Below are positions 51,869 through 64,000 of a DNA stretch of 64,000 nt, in pieces. The stretch's first letter is position 1. Each line of letters begins with the position of its first letter. Made by a program: the position numbers and the translations under genes. A model generated the notes under the pieces. It was not told where the DNA came from and did not search any database. It was given only the letters and a program-made list of their open reading frames with translations. Source of the stretch: the human T2T-CHM13v2.0 reference genome, Homo sapiens; the NCBI RefSeq assembly GCF_009914755.1, contig NC_060929.1; one strand, 5' to 3'.

Positions 51869-54057
51869 TAAACCAATCTAGTTTACAGTTGATTATTCCC
51901 TATGGACAAGTTAGGAATGTCATGGGCTATTAGAGCTTATCTGTTACCTTCCATTCCCTTTGTAGGTGGCGAACATGTCTATTACTTTTATTAGAGGAAG
52001 GACAGGAGGGAGACAGGAAGAAATGACTCCTTAACTGGCTGGAATAGACTAGTACCAGCATTTTTGTTGGCAATGCAGTAAAAGGGAGGGAAACCAATAT
52101 CTCAGTCGAGAAGTTTGTCTCTTTCCCTACAGCTGCATGAATAGACTAGACTCAGTTCTTGTTTGGGGACTTCATCTTTCCTCAGTTTCAAAATATCCTG
52201 GATATCCTAGTCATAGAGACTGTAGGGATTATGCACAATTTAGAGATGTCATGGTTTCTTTCTGTCAGAAATAACTGCTCATTGTAAGAATGTGAACCCC
52301 TTTAAAGTAAGGTTCTGCTAAATTCAGGAAATAAGTGCATCACTAAAGAAATTTCTGCAAGTTTAAAAAAAGATCAGGCAAGCATTTTTCAGTAACCTGC
52401 ATTTCTATCAAAACATGTTGTATTTAATGGGGAATGTTTTATTTATATTATATAAAATGTATAAATATGTATTATTCACTGCTGCTTGTTTGGCTTAGTG
52501 TAAAACTTTCTCTTGGTGTATGTTTTAAAAAGCATGGTGGGATTTGTAAACTCTGGACAATTTGTCTGTCTTACTTTAATAGACATTGTTGTGTGAATCG
52601 GCATTTAATTTCTAGTTCCGTATCTATCTCTAATTCACTCTGTGACTTAGGATAAGTTGTCTAACCTTTTTCTATTAAACAGAACTAAATTTTATTTGCC
52701 TTTTACCTACGTCACCAAGTCTGTTATGAGTATTAATGATGTAGACTTTAAGTGGTTTGTGTACCTCTGAATCATTCTATAAATGTAAACAACATTTTAT
52801 GGTTTTTGGAATATGAAAATACATGAAACTTTCTGCAAAAGTATTTTGCTTATTAATGTTAAACACCACTGCCACTTAAAAAATAATAATCAGTCTATTA
52901 CAAGACAGACTAGAGTCTCATTGCAGGTCCTATAGGTAGGAACAGGAATTGCTAGTCAAAGTCATAGACTTGATGTGCAGTTTTTGTGATTTCTGGCCAT
53001 ATCAGTGTCTTTTAAAGTGCCCTAGGAGATTGAATATGTTGTCAGCTTGGAGAGTGATAGAAAAGGCAGCAATAAGGTTAATAGACTAAGTTTATTTTAT
53101 TGGTTCATATTTATGGGTTCAGTGATCATGATGCATATACTTTGGTTGAACTCTAGAGTTTACATGTTGCTGTATGTTGGCAGTCCTTATCAAATTGAAC
53201 TCTGGATAGTAATCTCTGCAGTTGCCCAAATGGGAGGAAAAATAATTATCTAGCAATTTTTGGAGCTGACCACCTGGTAAATAAACTACCAGCGTTAAAT
53301 AAGTATTTTGGAGGTATATTCTTAAGTTTGGGAAGTACTGGTAATTTTCGAAGTGTACTTAGTTGCTTCAGAGAATTAGTGTGTCTCTAAAGTGCTGTGG
53401 GACTTAAGGATACCATTCACTATTTCATAGAAAAGAACTTTGGCCAGAAGACTTCTTGGCAAGTTTTAGTCTACTAACTTAAGAACATATTTGTTCTTAT
53501 GTCCTTTGGTCTGCCTTTTAAAGATGTCTGACTTCATCCTTCCTGGCCCAATAACTATAGGCTAAAGCCAGAAGTTGCTTTTTTAGCCCTGTGTTTCTTG
53601 CCACTGTCTTCTCTTATCCTCTTACAGTGTTGCTACTTACTTCCTTATTAATCTCTTTTTATACAATGTATTATTTTGTACTGTAATTATTTGTTTTCGT
53701 ATCCACCTCTTGGCCATGGGCGTGCAGGGCAAGGTCTGTTTTGTTTAAAGTAATTCCATTACCAAGCAATATGCTTGGCACTTAGTAAACACTCAGTATA
53801 TGTTTAAATGAATGAACATTCTCATATGTATATACAGGTAATTGACAATTAGAAAAGTAAGAATTTTTTAGTAGTCTAATTTTGTGCATGTATTTAGCTA
53901 GTGGCTACTATACTAGGAGCTATGGTCCAAATATCCAAATGGTATTTGCAACTGATGAATGTATGTATATATTTTCCTCCCAAATAAATCTAGGGTTATT
54001 TCTTCCACATGATATTCATTCATGAAAGCCCCTAATTACTTAAGGGGAAGATGAAAG

Positions 54058-54949
<892 letters not shown>

Positions 54950-55020
54950 GAAAGTTTTCATTTGAAAAAAAGTAGAAGTACCAATATATGTGTATCTTTA
55001 ATAAATATTAACAAATGTGA

Positions 55021-55380
<360 letters not shown>

Positions 55381-55648
55381 CAGTATGGTCTTACCAAAGG
55401 GATAATCTGAACACAGATCTCAGAGTCAGACTTTTTTTAAAATTCACTTTCATTCTTTTAAAATAAAAATAAGCGTATTATTGCATTATGACAGTATAGA
55501 AAGTAGAGAAAAGAAAATTATTAGTATTTATTTTGTTTTTCTTATGTGTATGAATTTTTATATAGCTACAGTCAGACTCATTGTAAAATTCTGATTTCTT
55601 TGACATTACATCAGAAGCATTTTTCACATTTATATATTGCTTTTATAA

Positions 55649-55909
<261 letters not shown>

Positions 55910-56694
55910 TGATCCACCCGCCTTGGCCTCCCAAAGTGCTGGGATTACAGGCGTGAGCCACCCCGCCCGGCCCTTGTTTTTTATTAAGACAGGGTTTTGC
56001 TCTGTCACCCAGGCTGGAGTGCAGTGGCATGGTCATAGCTCACTGTAGCCTTAACCTTCCAGGATCAGACAATCCTCCCACTTCAGCCTCCTGAGTAGCT
56101 GGGACTATAGGTGCATGCCACCACACCAGGCTAATTTTTTTATTTTATTTTTTTAGAGATGGAGGTCTCACTATGTTGCCCAGACTGGTCTTGAATTCCT
56201 GAGCTGAAGCAATCCTCCCACCTCAGCCTCCTGAAGTGCTGGGATTACAGGCATGAGCCACTGTGCCTGGCCATAACCATAATTTTTTAAAAAACATTTG
56301 TTTATTGTATTATATTGTATTATAGTATATTACATATATATTTTTTGAGGTGGAGTCTTGCTTTATTGCCCAGGCTGGAGTGCAGTGGCGTGATCTCAGT
56401 TCACTGCAACCTCCGTCTCCTGGATGGATTCAAGCGATTCTCCTGCCTCAGCCTCCTGAATACCTGGGATTACAAGCACCCACTACCGTGCCCAGCTAAT
56501 AACCATCACTTTGGATGCCTAATATTTCACAAACATCCAACAATAAGAGAATGGTTACCTTGGCACTATTTTTTTGTTAAAAATTAATGCTGTTTTTATT
56601 TAATAAATATATTTTGTGTGTGTATAGCTTTAGGTACTAGTAATATTTTCTATATATGCCTTTATTTCCTTCGTCTAGTTTATCATAAGTGTAA

Positions 56695-57033
<339 letters not shown>

Positions 57034-58573
57034 TAATGGCTGTTGATACACATTGAGATCAGGAGATTTTTTTTTTTTAAGCTGTGGCTCAGAAGCACAT
57101 GTATTAGTTGTTTCACCTCTGAAAGAAAGAGCACATTAAGATGGAACTTAAAATTAGATCCATATTCAGAAACATGTAAATTTTTCTGCAAGTGGGAAAG
57201 GTCTAAGTAGTCTTGGCTTTTTTCCTAAAGCAAGTAAATGATAATGGTTTTTCAGTAGTGTTTTTTGGCTTGGGGCCAAAGGTGTAGGACCTTACTCTTT
57301 GATCTTATGATTGCATGTCTGAAATTTTCTATGAAGCTTATGTACTGGCTCAGCAGTTGTGTAATATACGTGCAATAGAGATTTCATTAAAAGGGGAAAA
57401 AGATAAATTTGAGATTTTTACAGATGAGGTATTTTTAGGGCAATGTTTCTATTAGCTTACTCCGATAAAAATTTGTTGACTTTTATTTTTTAAATAACTT
57501 AAAACATAATTGAAGCATGTTCTTAAAACGTTATTGTGCAAGGTGTGAATTTTAAGGAGTCCTATTTGTAAGTTACATTAAGCTTTAGGAAATTTCTTTT
57601 GTTGATTCTTTAAAAGGTAACTGTTGGTTGATACTTAAGATACATTAATTTTTCCTGCAGATGTACATTAGAAAAAGACATGGTTGTGAAACAGATTTTA
57701 CTTGTGTGGAATTGCAGCTGAGTTTTAGTTCCACAGATGTGCTGTCTGCCTGATCTTAAATCGATCTCTTAATTTATCTTTACAAATTTACAAATCTATA
57801 GTAGAATGGTAATTTAAGATGGATATTATTACCTTTTCTAATCTCCATGTTATAATAAAAGTCCCTTTTTGTCTAGAGACATGTGTATTTTGCATAGTCA
57901 TGGATCCCAAATTTTACAATCTCTTTCATCCCCAAATATGCTTGTTTTTATAGTCAAGCAGTAATGGATTCCCATAAGCTTTAGTTGCAAATAAAGTGGC
58001 TAAAAGATTTTAAGTACTCTTCCTGAGTATGAGAAGAAAGAAGTGATGATTTTTCAGGAGAGGGAAGTGATGCTGCACTTGTCTTATATTCTCAAGAGTC
58101 TTAGTTGTACTCAGATTTTTGTGACATACTTCTGGAAGTCTTGTTGAGTAGTTAGCATTGATACTGTAGCTACAGTATCATGGCTGTTTTTTAGAGATTA
58201 TATAGTGAGGGGTCAATGGGTGAAAGAATAAGAATAATTGTAAAAGTCTAGAAAATTACAGCACAAAACTCCCCAATGTATTTAAGTTTCACCATTCAAT
58301 TAGTGTGAATTATTCAATTAGTCTATTATTTTAGACTTATAATTTTCTTCAGAGCGTACTTTATGGATACATGTTAGGAGCTGTTAAATGTAAATGGTCC
58401 TATTCCTTTGGCTGTAAACATGCTGTTGTATTTGGTGCAGATTTCTGTCAGTTATTAACAATCATTTGTTCCCTCACATTAAACAAATGTTTAGAATCTG
58501 TGATCATTCTCTTCTCCTGGAGTCTAACCTTTTCTACTCTTTTACTTTCCTGTATATTCATCTTGATTTTTAG

Positions 58574-59035
<462 letters not shown>

Positions 59036-59391
59036 TAGAAACTTTATTATCCATACCCAGCACTAAATCTATCAGATCATTAGACTCCTTGAAGGTTCCT
59101 ATAACGTCAGAGAAAATAACATTGCCATTTTCTTCCATTCTTATTTATTTTTCTAAGTCCTTTTCTTCTGTGTTAGACTACCCTTATCCAAGAACTAAAC
59201 TTTTTAAGTAAAGGTGGAAATGTAATTTTTTTCCCCTTCTCTCCTCCATATGAATGTAGACTAGAACTACACTGATAAAAATTTTCTCATTATTCTCAGG
59301 GGTGAAATTAAGTTGGCCTACACATCTGTTTTTTAAGGTGTTTATAGAATAGCCAGGGTAAGCATGGCATGTGTAATTTTTTTTTTTTTGA

Positions 59392-59604
<213 letters not shown>

Positions 59605-59697
59605 TGATCCTCCTGCCTCGACCTCCCAAGTGCTGGGATTGCAGGCGTGAGCCACCGCGCCCAGCTGGCATGTGTAATTTTTATTTTATTTTATTGA

Positions 59698-59943
<246 letters not shown>

Positions 59944-59989
59944 TAATATTTTTTGAAGATAGAAAGGCTACATATTCACTATTTTGGTT

Positions 59990-60190
59990 TTTAATTTAAA
60001 ATTTTATTAATAAAAATTGTATGTATTTAAGGTGTGATGTTTTGATATATATGCACATGCTGAAATGTGCATATATATCAAAAGCTAGTTAACATAATCA
60101 TCTCATATAGCTGTCTTTTTTTGTGTGGTGAGAACACTTAAGATCTACTCTCTTAGCAAATTCAAGTTTACAATATATTTATCAATTTTA
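59990..60190 (-). mobile_element. L1MA-like 3' end fragment
   Basis: ttgtgtggtgagaacacttaagatctactctcttagcaaattcaagtttacaata resembles L1MA 3'UTR. Confidence 0.75.
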
Positions 60191-60512
60191 GAATTTAACA
60201 GTTGGCCTTACTAAGGTTATCTGTTCATAATTCTCCAAAATGTAACATTTTTTACTTAAGAAAAATCTTTACTTTCTTTTATTTTTTATTTTTTGAGACA
60301 GGGTCTCACTGTGTATCCCAGGCTGGAGGGTAGTGGTGTGGTCATGGCTCACTGCAGCCTTGACCTCCTAGGCTCAGGCAATGCTCCTGTCTCAGCTTCC
60401 TTAGTAGCTGGGAGTACAGGTGTGCGCCACCATGCCTGGCTAATTTTTATATTATTTGTAGAGACCGGATCTCGCTATATTGCCCAAGCTGCTCTTGAAC
60501 TTCTAGGCTTAA

Positions 60513-60973
<461 letters not shown>

Positions 60974-61450
60974 TAAGCATAAAAACTAGAAGGAAGTAAA
61001 GGTACTGGTGCTTGGTTTTTATTTTGTTTACTAATCTCATAAAGTTATTGGAAATGTGATTGATACTCTTGAGCTGAAGCCTGTTTTTTTTTTTTTTTTT
61101 TTTTTTTTGGAGACAAGGTCTCACTCTGTTGCCTAGGCTGGACTGCAGTGGCATGATCATGGCTTGCTGCAACCTCCAACTCCTGGGCTCAAGGTGTCCT
61201 TTTGCCTCAGCCTCCCAAGTGAGCTGAAACCTTTTAACTTTCTGGCTGCTAGTGAAGGCCCAAGGATTATAGAACAAGATTAGTTAGATTTGAATAGTGT
61301 TTTATAGGTTATATAATCACTTTGCTTGCATAATGGTTTTACTTACTGTTATTCTGAATTTTTTGTTTGTTTGTTTGTTTGTTTTTTGTTTCTTTGAGAC
61401 AGGGTCTCACTCTGTCACCCAGGCTGGAGTGCAGTGGTGTGATCGGCTGA

Positions 61451-61702
<252 letters not shown>

Positions 61703-62603
61703 TGACTGTGAAGGATATGTGTTATTTATGTATTCATCAGGAAGCCTAGAATATTTTATATATGTGTGTGTATATATATATATGTTTACAACAAGAAAAC
61801 TAAAAGTTTCATGTGATGTACATAAAACCTCGAGTCTGACAGATTACTATACATCAGGAGTTGACAACCCAAGGATTATGAGCTGTCCTGGAATAGGAGA
61901 TGATTTTGAGTATCAGTGTTGGATTACTTACTAGAAAAAATGAGAAGCAGATAAAGGTTATCTCTGCTGTCCTTTCACCACTTCTCTTTTCCTTTCTGTT
62001 TCTAACTCCTAGATCTTTTCTTTCTTTCTTACAGCTGCTAAAGCATTTGCCAATAATATTTAAATGCCGTTCTTTTCATGTTCTTATTTTTTAAAAAGAT
62101 CTTTAAGATACTCGCTGAGATTAGCAAAAGGGCTGATAGCCATTTTTAGATACTGGTGCCTAGGGAGAGGTGTCTTGAGGAGAGGAGAAAGTTTTTCCAT
62201 CACTTCCCTTCCTTTTGCTCATTAATCACCTGGAACAGATAGTTCCTGAAGGTGTTATTGACAGTGCTTCTATAGCTGGGAGCCAAACAGCAACTTAGGG
62301 GTCAGTTGCCACTCTTTGCCTGTTATCATTGAGAGAACTAATAAATGTAGAGCTCGCCCAAGATCCTTGATATATTTAGAACCTCAAAAATAGAAGACAT
62401 ACTAGTCATTTTGTAGAAATAAATGCAAAAGGAAAATCTCGCAGTATGTATATGTTTATTATAAAAGTTGCCTGTGTTTGTGGTCACTTTTTAGAATAGA
62501 GTTTTGATTTCTCGTTTTCCAAAATAAGGGTGACTTCATTAATAACACTACTGTTTGATAAAAAGTGTTTTTTAAAATTTTTGTTTTCTCTTTGTCTAAC
62601 TAG

Positions 62604-62722
62604 ATGTGATGCTGATCCTTCAGCCTTAGCCAACTATGTTGTAGCACTGGTCAAGAAGGACAAACCTGAGAAAGAATTAAAAGCCTTTTGTGCTGATCAA
62701 CTTGATGTCTTTTTACAAAAAG
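62604..62722 (+). CDS. RBM27: RBM27 coding exon 2 (CDADPSALANYVVALVKKDKPEKELKAFCADQLDVFLQK), 119 nt, PWI-type domain
   Basis: Polypyrimidine tract + tag|A acceptor, AG|gtaatt donor; phase matches exon 1; inside ORF 62530..62754. Confidence 0.96.
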
Positions 62723-63814
62723 GTAATTATTATGGGCCTTCAATCGAGTATTGAAGTAAAGATTTTAAGTTTAAAACTTCCTGAAAAGTCTTGGAGATAT
62801 AAGCTTGATAGGAAAGAAAGTAGTCAGAGTCCTTTGAATACTTGAATATACCCATTCATACTTAATTATTTATCATGTTTTGTTAGAACTGGTTTTTTCC
62901 CTTTCCTTCTTTGCTGCTTTCCTCTATTGAGGCAATGGCAGCTCTAATGCTTTTTAGATGATTAGGTCTTTTGCAGCTTTTGACAGAGCCTACTTGATGA
63001 TTGAGGGGTAACAGTTTAAGGATAATGAAGATGCTTATTCTTGGTGTTCATTAAGATGATGAGCTCATCAGTTTTTTTCCCCCCTTGGATGGGGCTTCTT
63101 AATATCCAAGAAGAGATGTGTATGATCCTCTTCTCTTTGTGCCTTTAACTTTTCATCTTCTTACCAAATCTGTTTCCATGGTCTACAGAGCTTCCTAAGG
63201 TTTCCCCTGTTGCCTCTCTGACCTTATCTCCTATCATTGCCCCTCACTTGTTCCACTCTAGCCACAACGACCACCTGTTTTTTGAATTATGGCAAACATG
63301 TTCCCAACTCAGGGCCTTTGAACTCATTTTACCCTTGCCTGAAACATGGATTCTTCTCTCGCTTCTTTCTGGTCTCTTCAAATGTCATCTTCTGAAAGCA
63401 GTTTCCCCTGAGTGCTCTACATACAGTGTAGTATACTCCATGCCTCCATCCACTCTCCTCCTTCCAACCCTGTTTTGTTTTATTTTTCTTTTTTATTTAT
63501 TTATTTTTATATCTATGTATTTTTATTTTTGTAGTGTTGGGGTCTCACTTTGTTGCCCAGGCTGATCCTTGAACTTCTTGCCTCAAGCAACTGCCCCACC
63601 TTGGCATCCCAAAGTGCTGGGATTACAAGGCATGAGCCCCTGTGCCTGACTCCTGTTTTGTTGTTTTCATGGCACTTGTCACCACCTGTCATAGGTTTAT
63701 TTGCCTGGTTATCTGTCTCTCTACCCTTTGTTTGCCTTTTGTTTGGTTGAGAGTGGAGACTTGGAACCTACAGTACTTGGTACATGGAAGATGTTCAGTA
63801 AATATTGTTAAATG

Positions 63815-64000
63815 GGCCAGGCGCGGTGGCTTACGCCTGTAATCCCAGCACTTTGGGAGGCCGAAGCGGGTGGATCATGAGGTCAAGAGATCGAGACCAT
63901 CCTGGCCAACACGGTGAAACCCCATCTCTACTAAAAATACAAAATTAGCTGGGCGTGGTGGCGTGTGCCTGTAGTCCCAGCTACTCGGGAGGCTGAGGCA
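63815..64000 (+). mobile_element. Alu truncated by window end
   Basis: GGCCAGGCGCGGTGGCTTACGCCTGTAATCCCAGC head. Confidence 0.95.

Noticed and set aside
57651-57815. Cryptic or poison exon in RBM27 intron 1 (ttttcctgcag acceptor, ATG|gtaatt donor)
   Set aside because: Splice-like motifs of this quality are common; no support without RNA or conservation data
63055-63220. Box C/D snoRNA (ATGATGA within palindrome TGATGAGCTCATCA)
   Set aside because: No suitably placed box D with a terminal stem could be seen

Overview
Human-type (primate) genomic DNA, very Alu-dense, holding two divergently transcribed genes whose first exons are about 21 kb apart. The minus strand carries the 5' part of LARS1 (cytosolic leucyl-tRNA synthetase): coding exons 1-9, all GT-AG, splicing in frame to [15 protein letters not shown]...HLGH...YPSKL. 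The plus strand carries RBM27 exons 1-2 (N-terminal PWI-type domain). Each gene has its own CpG-rich promoter and a short candidate uORF. Repeats include a full-length Tigger1, a near full-length HSMAR2 mariner, L1/L2/MaLR/MER fossils and roughly 90 Alu pieces. The most unusual element is a ~1.43 kb (CC(AT)n) array in LARS1 intron 2 that is stop-free in all six frames. Other oddities are a 16x GGAA microsatellite between the promoters, a degenerate G-skewed repeat at the start of RBM27 intron 1, a tetrameric Alu, a fused inverted Alu pair and several template-switch hairpin scars. Apart from those overlapping LARS1 exon 6, RBM27 exon 2 and the transposase remnants, the ORFs in the supplied track are Alu, low-complexity or chance artefacts. 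I found no convincing new protein-coding system. Repeat subfamily calls are from recalled consensus sequences, and repeat boundaries are approximate.
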